From NCBI RefSeq assembly GCF_009914755.1, contig NC_060926.1: DNA of 64,000 nucleotides, one strand, 5' to 3'. Both the position numbers and the translations under genes were made by a program. This document shows, in pieces, positions 13,133 to 26,002 of the stretch. Position 1 is the first letter of the stretch; every line of letters starts with the position of its first letter. Source of the stretch: the human T2T-CHM13v2.0 reference genome, Homo sapiens. The notes under the pieces were generated by a model, which ran no database searches, had not been told where the DNA came from, and saw only the letters and a program-made list of their open reading frames with translations.

Positions 13133-14747
13133 AATTATTTTTTTTATTTCAATAGGTTTTTAGGGAGCAGGTGTACACTGTACCCAATGTGTAGTCTTTT
13201 ATCCCTCATCTCCTCCCACTATTTCCCCCAAGTACCCAAAGCCCTCTCTTATGCTTTTGTGTCCTCACTGCGTAGCTCCCACTTATGAGTGAGAACATGT
13301 GATGTTTGGTTTTTCGTTACTGAGTTACTTCACTTATAGTAATAGTCTCCAGTTCCATCCAGGTTGCTGCAAATGCCATTATTTCATTCCTTTTTATGGC
13401 TGAGTGGTATCCCTGTATATATATACACATATATGTATATGGATATATATATATGTATATGTGTATATGGATATATATGTGTATATGTATATATGGATAT
13501 ATATGTGTATATGTATATATGGATATATATATATGTATATGTATATATGGACATATATGGATATATATACATAGGGATACCACTCAGCCATATACTATAT
13601 ATATATATGGATATATATAGGGATATATATATATATATGGATATATATATGATATACATATCTCTCATATTTTGTTATCCACTCATTGATTAATTGATGG
13701 GCATTTGGGCTGGTTCCATAATTTTGCAATTGTGAATTGTGCTGCTATCAACATGTATATGCAAATGTCCTTTTCGTATAATGACTTCTTTTCTTCCAAG
13801 TAGATACCTAGTAGTGGGATTGCTGGATCAAATGGTAGATCTACTTTTAATTCTCTAAGGAATCTCCACACTGTTTTCCACAGTGGTTGTACTAGTTTAC
13901 ATTCCTGCCAACAGTATAAAACTGTTCCCTTTTTACCACATTCATGCCAATATCTATTATTTTTTATTTTTTTTGTCATGGCCATTCTTGCAGGAGTAGG
14001 GTGGCATCTCACTGTGGTTTTGATTTGCATGTCCCTGATAATTAGTGATGTTGAGCATTTTTCCATATACTTGTTGCCCATTTGTATATCTTCTTTTGAG
14101 AATTGTCTATTCATGTCTTTAGTCTGCTTTTTGGTAGGATTGTTTAATTTTTTCCTGATGATTTGTTTGAGTTCTTGGTAGATTCTGGATGTTGTCCTTT
14201 GTTGGATGTGCAGATTGTGAAGATTTTCTCCCACTCTGTGTGTTGTCTGTTAACTCTGCTTATTATTTATTTTTCTGTGTAGAATTTTTTTAGTTTAATT
14301 AAGTCTCATCTATTTATCTTTGTTTTTGTTACATTTGCTTTTCGGTTCTTGGCCATGAAGTCTCTCCTTAAGCTAATATCTAGAAGGGCTTTTCTGATGT
14401 TATCTTCTAAAATTTTCATGGTTTCAGCTCTTAGATTTAAGTATTTGATCCATCTTGAGTTGATTTTTGTATAAGGTGGGAGATGAAGATCTAGTTTAAT
14501 TCTTCTACATGTGGCTTGCCAATTACTCCAGCACCATTTGTTGAGTAAGGTGTCCTTTACCCACTTTATGTTTTTGTTTGCTTTGTTGAAGATCAGTTGA
14601 CTCTAAGTATTTGGCTTTATTTCTAGGTTTCTCTATTCTGTTTCATTGGTCTATGTGTCTATTTTTTATACCAGTATCATGCTGTTTTGGTGACCAGGAA
14701 GATATAGAAACTCTAAACAGGCCAATAACAAGCAGTGAGATTAAAAC

Positions 14748-14782
<35 letters not shown>

Positions 14783-15932
14783 CCAACAAAGAAAAGTTCA
14801 GGACCTGACGGATTCACAGCTGAATTCTATCAGACATTCAAAGAAGAATTGGTACCAATACTATTGACAATATTCCAAAAGATAAGGAAAGATAGAATCC
14901 TCCCTAAATCATTGTGTAAAGCTAGTATCGCCCTAATACCAAAACCAGGACATAACAAAAAATGAAATGTACAGACCAATAACACTGATTAACATAGATG
15001 CAAAAATCCTCAACAAAATACTTGCCAAAAGAATCCAACAGCATATAAGAAGGATAATCTACCATAATCAAGTGGGTTTTACACAAGGGAGGCAGGAATG
15101 GTTTAACACATACAAGTCAAAAAATGTCATACACCACATAAACAGAATTAAAATGTAAAAAATCCCGTAATTATCTCAATAGATGCAGAAAGAGCATTTG
15201 ACAAACTCTAGCATCCCTTTATGATTAAAACCCTCAGCAAAATTAGCATATAAGGGACATACCTTAAAGTAATAAAAGCCATCTATGACAAACCCCCAGC
15301 CAACATTTTACTGAACAAGGAAAAGTTGAAAGCATTCCCCCTGAGAACTGGAACAAGATAGGGATGCCCACTTTCACCACTTCTATTCAACATAGCACTG
15401 AAAGTCCTAGCCAAAGCAATCAGACAAGAGAAAGAATAAAGGGCATTCAAATCAGTAAAGGGGAAGTCGAACTGTCGCTGTTTGCTGATGATATGATCAT
15501 GTACCTAGAAAACCCTAAAAACGCATCCAGAAAGCTCCTAGAACTGGTAAATGAATTCAGAAAATTTTCAAGTTACAAAATTAAGGAGATGGAAGACCAC
15601 TACAACAAAAATGAGGAAACACTGCTGAAATAAATCATAGGCGACACAAACAAACAGAAACTCATCCCATGCTCATGGATGGGTAGAATTAATATTGTGA
15701 AAATGACCATACTGCAAAAGCAATCTACACATTCAATGCAATCCCCATCAAAATGCCACCATCATTCTTCATATAACTAGAAAAAACAATCCTAAAATTC
15801 ATGCAACCAAAAAAGAGCCTGCATAGTCAAAGAAAGACTAAGCAAAAAGAACAAATCTTGAGGCATCACATTACCTGACTTCAAACTATACTACAAGGCC
15901 ATAGTCACTGAAACAGCATGGTACTGGTATAA
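13133..15932 (-). mobile_element. L1PB-like insertion with 5' inversion (13133-14694 minus, 14695-15932 plus)
   Basis: ORF2 C-terminal peptides on minus (13683-14234) and RT peptides on plus ([18 protein letters not shown]); L1PB-type 3' end 'tttcaataggttttt'. Confidence 0.9.
13415..13660. repeat. (TA)-rich low-complexity expansion inside L1PB
   Basis: Repeating 'gtatatgtatatatggatatatat' units. Confidence 0.9.
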
Positions 15933-16500
15933 TATTATTTCAGATAAGTTCTACTAGAGTTTTATAATGCTTAACCAGTCCAGAATTTAATAAAAATATT
16001 ATTGACTATGCTGAGAACCAAAAAAATCTAAAATCAATTGGGAAAATACAATAAAAAACATGAACATTAAGATGACCCAAATATTAGAGATATGTGGTAA
16101 GGATTTTATAGCAATCATCATAAAAATGCTTTAATCAATATATTAAAACAAATAAAAAATAGAAAGCCACAGCAAAAGAAACCCAGAAAATACAAAAAAG
16201 AATGAAATGGAAATTTTCAAAATAAAAATGTTATAACCAAAATAAAATATAAGTGATTCAATAGCAGAATGGAGAGGACAGAGAATGAAACAGTGAACTT
16301 GGAGACTGAACATAGAAATGGCCTATTATGAACAACAGAGAAAAAATAAACTGGGAAAAAAGAACAGAGCCTCAGGAATATGTGGTACTATAATATTACA
16401 AAAGATTAAGCATTGGGTAATCAATACGTAAAAGGAAAGAAAAAAGATTAAGGTTGAAAATTTTTGAAGAAATAATGGCAGAATATTTTCCAAATCTGAC

Positions 16501-16501
<1 letters not shown>

Positions 16502-16537
<36 letters not shown>
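16502..16537. repeat. (CA)n microsatellite
   Basis: Uninterrupted AC run. Confidence 0.95.
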
Positions 16538-16540
<3 letters not shown>

Positions 16541-17588
16541 GAAAGAGAGAGAGATAAACTCACAATTTCAAGAATCTGATCAAATCTTAAATAGGATAAA
16601 CTGAAAGAAATCTATGACAAAACACATCATAGTTAATTATCTGAAATTTAAAAACAAAGAATATTTTAGAAAGCATACAGAGAAATTGATGCATTACCTT
16701 TAAGGGAAAAACGATTCCAATGACAGTGCATTTCTCATGAGAAATCAAAGGAGGCTGAAAGGAAATGACAAAGCCTAATTCAAGTACTGAAAAAAAAAAA
16801 ACTACCAACCTAGAATTTTATAGACAGAAAAAATATCATTCAGAAATGAAAGGGAAATCAAAACATTTTAAGATGAATGAAAACCAAGATAATTTGATGC
16901 AAGTAGATCTACCCTAAAAGAATAAAGAGCGTTAATAAAACAGAAATTGGATGATACTAGGAGAAATAAAACAACAGAAAAGAAAAAAATGGCAGAAGCA
17001 AAATTATGGAAAATACAATAGTTTTTATGTTTGATGGTTGAAGCAAAATATATAACACTGTCTAAGATGGCTCTCAATATATGTAGAGGAATATTTCAGA
17101 TAACTATATTATATGTTTAGAAGGAGTGTAATGGACAGTAAAGTTTCTATACTTCAACAGGTAAAATGTCAACACCAGTAGATTTTGATTAGTTATATAT
17201 GTATATAATGTTATACCTAGAGCAACCACTAAAGATACTATACAAAAAGATATGCTCAAAAACACTATAGATCAATCAAAATAAAACTCTACAAAATGTT
17301 CATGTAATCCACAGGAAGGCAAGAAAAAATAAAACACAGGAACAAACAACAGTGAGAGCAAACAACGGTGAGAAAACAAAAAATAAAGTTACAGACTTAA
17401 GCCCTGACAATAATAACATTAAGTATCAATGCTACAAATACAATTAAATTACAGATGGGAAGACTGAACAAAAACCAGCCAATCAACCAAAATAAATATA
17501 ACCCAACAATATGTTGTCTAAAGGAAACTACTTCAAATATAATTATATAGTTAGCTTGGAAGTAAAAGGATGGAAAAGACACACCATG

Positions 17589-18172
17589 TGTATTAAACCA
17601 TTCTTACATCGCTCCAAAGAAATACCAGAGACTGGGTAATTTATAATGAAAACAGGTTTAATTGACTTCCAGTTCTATGGGCTGTATAGGAAGCAGAGCT
17701 CTGACATCAGCTTCTGGGAGGGCTTCAGGAAGCTTACAATTATAGTGGAAGGCAAGGGAGAGCAAGCACATCACATGGTGAAAGCAGGAGCAAAAGACAG
17801 TGGTGGGAAAGGTGCCACACAGCTTTAAACAACCAGATCTCAGGAGAACTCACGCACTATTGCTACGAAAGCACCAAGGGGATGGTGTTGAACTATTCAT
17901 GAGAAATCCACCCCCATGATCCAATTATCTCCCACCAGGCCCCACCTCCAACACTGAGAATTACAATTCAACATTAGATTTGTGCAGGGACAAATATCCA
18001 AAGTAGTTCATTCTTCCCCACCCCTCCCAGTTCTCATGACCTTCTCATATTGTAAAATACAATCATCGCTTCTTAATCGTCCCCACAAAGTCTTAAGTCA
18101 TTCCAGCATTAACTCAGAAGTCCTAAGTCCCACATCCAAATTCTTACCTGCAAATGAGTTCCTTCTACCTAT
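17589..18172 (-). mobile_element. MSTA LTR (17589-18010) plus adjoining internal segment
   Basis: 'gagactgggtaatttata', 'ttcaggaagcttacaat', 'ggggatggtgttgaactattcatgagaaatccacccccatgatccaa'. Confidence 0.9.
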
Positions 18173-18785
18173 TGAAGTGGCTTTGTTGTCTGGGAAAATA
18201 CCCGAAGTTCATTATCTCACACCAAGAAGATTAAGGACACGGATACACGTGGGTGGGTTAAGGAGAGGAAAGTTTAATAGGTAGAAAAGAAGAGAGCAGC
18301 TCCCCCATGCAGAGGGAGGAAGGCTCCGAATGGATTTCCCTGTGCGTGGCAGGAAATAGTTGGTTATATAAAGGTGTTTCAGAAGACAGTGTAAGGCAGT
18401 GTCTGATTTACAAAGGGCCCACAGGATTGGTTTGACCAAGTGTGCCACTTACATAGCCCACAAAGAAACTGGCCATGCCACCTTAATCTTTTATTATGCA
18501 GATGGGGTTTTTTTCCTGGCTTGCACCATGACATCTGCACATGTGGTGCCAAAGAGAAGGGAGAGAGGAATTGCCATGTTGGATGTACCTGGCTTTTAGG
18601 TACAGCTGCCAGCATTAATGCAAGCTTCCAGCTTGCTTATCTATGCTTGCAGCCTGACTTTTCAGGCTGTTTTCTGCTAGAAAAGAAATGGTTTGGGGGC
18701 TGCTTTTTATTAAATGAAAAGCCTTACCAAGGACTCCTGTACCCTCACTATCTGCCTAAATAATTACTTTTTTACTCCTATATTA
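18173..18785 (-). mobile_element. ERV1 3' LTR, LTR9/MER61-like (HUERS-P3 group)
   Basis: Minus strand starts '...aattatttaggcagatagtgagggtacaggagtccttggtaagg'; adjacent polypurine tract at 18786-18795. Confidence 0.75.
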
Positions 18786-18889
18786 TTCCCCCCTCAGGAG
18801 CTGTAACTCTAACTCCTGTTAGGGGGTCTTGGACGATGACTCCTTCTGGATACTTCCTGCTGAAAGGGGGTATTGAGTGAAGGACAGCT

Positions 18890-20797
18890 AGCGTTCCTCC
18901 TGGAGTTGATATAAGGGTCTTTGGAAGAATGGTGTGTCCATGTGTGGTTCTGTTTGCAGCACCATTTGGAGTTTGATTGCTTCTAGACAAGAGGAAACAA
19001 TTCAAGTTATACTATTGAGGATACAAGGTTCAAACACTAATATATGACCTATAAGCAAGAAGGGGCTTCATAAAGGAGTTAACCAACTCCATAAAGAAGC
19101 CTGGAATTCATTAAAGAGAGCGTGTAGCCACCCTGGGCTTGAGCCCACATTTTCTCTTAGCTTGCCAATGATTTTAATCTGATCTTTAAGTACCTGTAGG
19201 TTTTCTTCTACTTGACTAGAGGTGTTGATCCAGAAGCAGCATGTTTGATTTAAAAGTGCACAGGTACTCCCTATTTCTGCTGTAAGGACATCTAAGTCCT
19301 GTCTATTTTGTGCTACTACTGAAGCTAAAAAGTTTATAGACTGTTGTGCTTCTATGGCTCCTACTATGTTGTCCTTCTATGGCTTTCCATCCTCATTGCA
19401 TCATAATGGATATATTAAGTACTGATCTTTCAAGGAAAGGAATACCAGAAAACAAGAATAAGCCTCTGGCTATAGAATCTCCCATCCATGGTTTTTCTAA
19501 GATGAGATTGTCGTGTGCATGCCCTCCCCAGTCTTCCCTTTCAGTGAAATCTCCATATAAGAGCATGAAAAGTATAGATCTTTTTGTTCAGCATATCCAA
19601 GATAGTGCAGTTTTTAGAAAAGAGCCTAAATTGGGTATGTCCTTACATGATGTTGCATTGTCAGTAGAATTTAAAAATAATAGGTCAGGAACCACTGCTA
19701 CTATAGTACAAGTTCCCTTCCAATGCCTAGGGAGGATTAAGTGTAGCCAAGAGCCACAAAGGCAATGTAGCCCTGGTCCTTGAAGGAACGGTTCTAAGTT
19801 GTGACTTGTGAGAGACAGATTTTTCTCATATCTTAAAAGTTTTTCCCTCTTATATATAATAGGAGCATCATTGGGATAGGGATATCTATAATCAGGATAG
19901 TCATTTACGATGCCTTTTGGAATTTTACATGCTAAGTGAGAAGGGTACACTTGATAGTTGGAGTTTTGAAAGATTAGGGACAGAATATGCCCTGGCCAAT
20001 ATATTAGATAATCCGCATGACAAGGGCTGTCAGTCCAGATGTCCCCGGTTCATCCACAAATTTGCAGGCCACCACTATTGGTGGGTCTCATTCAGGGATC
20101 TGGAATTCCATGAGGGGGCATGTTTGGAAAGGCCCATATGTTATTTTTAACATCATAGTATATTGTGTCAAAGGGGCTACCTAGAGCCTGCCATTCCCAC
20201 TGAGACTTTCAACCAGGAGGAGAGGCCAGACTTTGAAAGCCTCCCCATAGGGCTTCTAACTTTCTTATATCATCCCTATTACATTTTTTCTCCAATTCTC
20301 TGAGCTTTCAGTGATTACAAGTGTGGTGTTATAATATTTGAGATCTCTCAGGTACGGTCCCTTTCCCCCACTTCTAAAACAAAGAGAGGCATTTGCTATT
20401 ACCCAGTCAAGTTTCCCTAGCCTGAGAGTGTGAAGCTTATCTTTGGGGAAAATGTCTTCTGGCACCTTCTGGCACTGGAAGAGAAAGTGTCTTCCTGTGA
20501 GGAGTTAGTTATCCAGTTGAAAGTACTCCCATACCATGTTCCATTTATGCCTGACAAGTCTTTAATGGTTAAAGATAAGGCTAACAAAGGGAATCCTAAG
20601 ACAGTAAGTTCCAGGTCATGGAGAGGTTCCTTAGTGTTATTGAACTAAGCAAACCACTCAGGACAGGCCCAGAAATTAGTCTTGGGCCTAATTTGGCCCA
20701 ATTGGGTCATGACTGATACTGTAGTAGCTAAAGGGTGTGACGTATTACCAAATCCAATAAAAACCCCTAGCAGACTTAGTGATAGTAAAACATTCAT
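18890..20797 (-). pseudogene. Disrupted gamma-type retroviral env gene
   Basis: My translation gives MNVLLSLSLLGVFIGFG...TNFWACP from ATG at 20797; SU motif LCGSWLHLILPRHWKGTC; TM SVVAQNRQDLDVLTAEIGSTCALLNQTCCFWIN (ISD plus CX6CC, ~19225-19325). Stops interrupt it. Confidence 0.9.
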
Positions 20798-22372
20798 GTT
20801 TACTTCCTGTCAGTAACTGTTATCCCTGCTAAAGGATAATAATTAAGCAAAATACTATAGTAATTGAGAATTTCTGTTTGATATTCCACCCTTGGGGTGC
20901 TACAGTATATAGTCCTACTGCAAACAGTAGAGTTAGTATAACAATTCCTGCAGGGTAATGTAGTAGATAATTTCCATCTAAAATTGTTATTCACCAAGAT
21001 ATAGAATTTCTCTTTGGAGGTCTATGAAGTTACAAACATAATTCCACGGATAATTAAAAATCTCCTAGTTGGGCTCTCAGCCTCCATTTAAAAATCAGAT
21101 CAAACAAATAATGGGCACCCTTCAGCCATTTAAATACAATTTGCATGGCTGCTGTACTTTAAGCCTTGGATATGAAGCTTACTCTGGAGACTAGGATGAA
21201 CCCCCCAATACCCATGGGACATTGGATATGTCTGCCATGCTTTGAACCAGTTTCAAAGACTAAGACAGCACTCACACAAAAAGGAAATTACAGACCAATT
21301 TCCCTCATGTACACAGTTGCAAAAATTCTTGACACATTTTATAGAATTCAGCAATGTGGGAAAATAACTGTACCTTATTAACAAAGAGTATTTATTTCCA
21401 GATATGCAAGACTGATTCAATATTCAAAAATCAATCAATGTAATCCATTATATTAACAAGCTAAAAAGGAAGTCACATCGTCATATTAATCACATGGGAA
21501 AAGGTTTTGGCATGATTCATTTCCATTCATAAAAAAAATTCAGAGACCAGAAATGGAAGAAAAGTTTGTCTATTTGAGAAAGAGAATCTACAAAAACCTA
21601 GTCTAAATTATATTAAAAGGTGAAATATTGAATGCTTACCCCTATGATCAGAAACAATGTAAGAATGTCAATCCTCACCACTACTAGTCCACACAGTACT
21701 GACATTTTTAGCCAGCATAGTAGGACAATAAAATAAGAGTTAAAAAAACATACAGCTTGGAGACAATTAATTAAAACTGCTTCTATTTTAAGATGACATG
21801 CTGTTTCACAAAGAAAATCACAAGGAATGTAAAATTAATAAGAGGGCTCAGCAAGGTGGCTATACATAAGATAACACATGAAATTATATTTCTATATACT
21901 AGCAATGAATACATGAACACAGAAATTAAAAATAGAGTTTTATGTATAGTCATTCATAAATAATGAAATGCAAGGGTTTTAATCCAACAAAACAATTACA
22001 AGGCTTGAATGCTGAAAACCAGAAAACTGTTGGAAAAAAATCAAATAAATTCTAAATAAGTGGAGAAATATTCTGTATTCATGGATTGGAAGATTCAACA
22101 TAGTAAGGATGTCAGTATTCTCCAAAATAACATATATTTGATATGGAAAAGCAGAGGAACTAAAATAGCTAAAACAAATTCTGGGGGAGAAAAGTAGGAG
22201 GAAACATTTTACCTAATTTCAAGTCTTATCAACACCACAGTAATCAAGACTCTAAGGTGTTGGCAGAGGGATAGAAACATAGTCAATAGAATAAAATAGG
22301 GAACTCAGAAACAGTGCCACAAAAGTACAGCCAACAGATTTGTGACAAAGGTGCAAAATCAATTTAAAAGAT

Positions 22373-22851
22373 TGAAACTGGCTCAATTGTCCCACAGGAC
22401 TGATGTTTATCATTTCTTATGAATAAACATAGAAATAGACCCTTCCGGTCTAAAAAATTGAAAAAGTTAAATTTGTCTTAGCTGAGTTCCTTTCTCAGGA
22501 AAATCAACCATCAGGCCTCCCATCTGGGCATATCAATGAACTAAACTTATACATTTCTTTCCAGGTCACTGCATCTGTACCATAAGATGCCAGATCCCGC
22601 AACTATCATGATTGCCTAACCAACCACCTGCTTCCTGTTGACCAACTCTTCTCCTTACCTCTCTCTAATTTCTGTTTTCCCATACATGGTTACATTTCTT
22701 CCCTGCTATATAATAACCTCCAATTTTACCCAGTCAGGGAGATGGATTTGAGACTGATCTCTCATCTTCTCAGCTGCAACGTTGTCTCGTGATTAGGCTT
22801 CTGTCGGGTAGGCAGCAGGATCTAGACCAAACCCCTAGTTTTTCGGTAACA
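22373..22851 (+). mobile_element. ERV1 solo LTR (MER87/LTR43-like)
   Basis: TG...CA ends ('tgaaactggctcaattgtccc'...'tcggtaaca'); 4-bp TSD agat/ggat; interrupts L1 ORF2. Confidence 0.8.
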
Positions 22852-25226
22852 GGATCAAGGATAGTATTTTCAACAAATGGTGCTGGAGCAACTGAATAGC
22901 CATAGACAACAAAAAAAACAAACTAACAAAAAAACCCAAATTTTGATTTAGGTCTCACACTTTGTGCAAATATCAACTCAAAATAGATCATAGTCTTCAA
23001 TGTAAAACAAAACTAAAATAACTTTGTAAGATAATGTAAGAAAAAATCTTTGAGACATAGGGCTTGGTGAAGAGTCCTTTAAAATGATATCAAAGTACAA
23101 TTCTTTAAAAATATTGCTAAATTGAACTTCTTTTATATTAAAACTTTTGTTCCATGAAAAACCCTGTTAAAAGACAAACTACAGATTTGGAGCAAACATT
23201 TTTATATCTATATATTTAACAAAGAATTCATAAAAGAATATATAAATAATTCTCAAAACTCAACTGTGAAACAAAACTATTTAATTTTAAAATGTGTAAA
23301 GGATATAAAAAGACATTTCACAGAAGTGAATATGTGGATTGAAAACAAGCATAGGAAAAGATGTTCAACATTGCTAGCCATTAAGACCAAGATGAAATAT
23401 CACTACATACTTACTAGAACATCTAAAATAAAAGTGATGTTTAAATATTATAACTATAGTGATTTCATTTAAATGCATTTAATAAATTTATGTTATTGAA
23501 TAATAGTAACTATAAAAATAGTAATAACCAAAGGATACAAAGAATCTGGGTCTCTCACACGTTGCTAGCAGAAATGTAAAATGGTACAGTCTTTATGGAA
23601 AACTACTTTTGCAATATCTTTAAAAAAAAAACTAAACACACTTATCATGTGTACTACTCCTTGGGCATTCATGACAGAGAAATGAAGATCTATCCCCACA
23701 CAAAAATGTTCCCATGATTGCTTATAGCAGTTTTGGGGGAACTTTTCCTTGGAAAGTATAGCCTAAAACTGGAAATAGCCAAAATGTCCCTTAATGAATG
23801 AACGGTTAAACAAACTTCAGTACATTCATACTGTAAAATACTACTCAATAATACAAAGAAGAGACTATTGATACACTCAGCACCTTGGATATATTCCAGC
23901 ATGTCTGCTGAGTTAAAAAACAACAAAAAAGCTAATCTCAGAAAGTCACATACAGTATTATTTCATTCATAAATCACTCTTGAAATGCCAATATTATAGA
24001 ATTAGAAAACATTTGATTTGTTTTCAGGGGTTAGGTATGGTGGGGAGGGGTGTGACTGTAAAGATGTAGCATGATGGAGATCTTTCAGGTGATAGAGTAA
24101 TTTTGTCTCTATATGACTGTGGTGGTTACGTAAGTCTACCTATGTGAATGAATGGCATAGAACTACATATATAGTGTACCAATGTCAAGTTCCTGCTTTT
24201 GATATTATTACACTATAGTTATGTAGGATATAACCCTTATGGAAAATTCAGTGAAGAGTACATGGGGCCTCTCTCTGTACTATCTTTGTAACTATTTTTT
24301 ATCTATAATTATGTTAAAATTAAAATATTTATAAAAAAGAAAATGTTAGCATAATGTACATGTTTATTTTCACCTGGAAAAAAATTAACAATTTGTCCTT
24401 GGGATTATACCATACTACCTAATTCTTTTTATGGCTGTGTATTATATCAATTTTTATTTGGTCCAGAATCCTTGGGTATTTTTTTTTCTGACTTTTTGGT
24501 ATAATAAACATTGTTGCAATAAATGTAGTTTACAGAACTGATATCGGCAAGTGCTTATCGCAGAACATTCATAATAGGTGGCTACAGTGGTCATCTGTTC
24601 CAAAAGATTTGGAATACAATTTGATGAATCAGTTCCATTACAGTACTGGCTATAAAGGTTCTATATTTTGTGCTTATCTGTATGATAAATTTCTAAGAGT
24701 GAAGTTACTGGATAAATCTATTTTTATTATAGCAAACTTTAAATTAGTTTTAATAATAGAAACAGTATTTCCTTATTTTATTTTATTTTGATAAAATTCC
24801 TTAAGAATATTCATTATTTATTTTAATGTAAATTTTAGAATAAACTTTGCTAACTACAAGTTCCCACTGACATATTGTTAGATATATGTTAAAATTATAG
24901 ATTAAAATAGGGATAAACAGTATCTTTCTGATACTGAGTAGTCTCAAGATCACACTGTGAGTATAATATTCAGGTCTTCTTAGCTATTCCTTAATTTTTT
25001 ATATAGATAAAACATTTCTAGTTAAATTATTTTTATTTTTGAGGCTTTTGTAAACTGGATTTGTTCTTCAAAGATATTTTCTAATTGTACTGAAATTTTT
25101 AATTAAGCAGTTTATTATTTGTGTATTTTAAAAGTTCTCTGCAGAACATGGCTTGATTTACTAGGTGCCTACAAATTTTTTGGTTTTAATCTTGAATATA
25201 CAGAAAACACCACTTAGGCACAGTGC

Positions 25227-25388
25227 ATTCTTAAAGGAGTGAATTTGCCTTGACTAAAATTTTTTAATAAGTAGAAATGGGTTTTCCAAGCTTATTATCA
25301 CTTCATTTATAAGCAGTAAAAGTTTTATCCCTTTACTTATAGTTATTAAACTTTCTTCGTATTTAATTGTATTAGTTAGTACATCACA
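25227..25388 (+). repeat. 162-bp direct duplicate of 26158-26320
   Basis: By-eye alignment shows 3 substitutions and a 1-bp indel. Confidence 0.95.
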
Positions 25389-25548
25389 CAGTGCACACAC
25401 ACACCACCTTGGAGTTAGGTAATCTATGTGATTAAGTTCTGACTAACAAATACAGGCAGAAGTGTTATGATACATTTTCAGGCCTTCGCCGGGAAAACTA
25501 CTTGTATAGTCCTACACATTCTCTCTCTACCACCCCATTGTGGAGAGC

Positions 25549-26002
25549 TGTAGGAGACTGGTCAGTGTGGTGGGAGAAACTACAGGGAAAAGGAGCAGGC
25601 CTTCTGAAAGGTCAAAAGGCTCTGCAAAGCTCCAGGGGAGAACATCTGAAGTCAGCTGTTCTATAACCCTGAGCCAGAGGGCAAGGAGTAAGCATAAGGG
25701 AATGTAAGGGAATTAATCTTGATCAAACTTGTTTGTTAGAAGTTGTTCAGGAACTGACCTTTGAACATCCATGCATGTCACATTCCCTGAAAGGGGAACA
25801 ATAAATGTTAATTATCTATAGATTGTGTTTGGTCCAGACTTTTGGCATTGTGCCTGCACTGAATTAAAGCAAGAAGCTCCAGCTTCTCAGGGCTGCACTC
25901 TGGACACTTGAGCTGGGCAGTCCCCTATCTGCTCTTACACTACACACCTGTGTCTGAGTACTCATTTCATCCATCAGCCAGGGTCTGGGGACAGACCTGG
26001 CA
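25549..26002 (+). mobile_element. LTR22-family solo LTR (HERVK22/HML-5)
   Basis: 'tgtaggagactggtcag.gtggtgggag'...'ggacagacctggca'; 6-bp TSD gagagc/gagagt. Confidence 0.8.

Larger units (their letters stand above)
12492..24340 (+). mobile_element. Ancient near-full-length L1 (L1MC/MD-like) in pieces: ~12492-13130, 15933-17588, 21258-22372, 22852-24340
   Basis: Colinear 5' UTR ('gacttgcacttctgggaagg'), ORF1-like A-rich region, EN start, 'ggaaattacagaccaatttccctcatg' (NYRPISLM), ORF2 end and L1MD-type 3' UTR. Confidence 0.75.

Noticed and set aside
13317-13693. Overlapping Y/I-rich ORFs on both strands (also near 7.6, 26.9 and 57.5 kb)
   Set aside because: They are (TA)n/(CA)n low-complexity artefacts.
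24525-24660. Higher-complexity ~130-bp stretch inside old L1-like sequence with one open frame
   Set aside because: I could not assign it to any gene or repeat, and it has no TSD or tail; a BLAST search would be needed.
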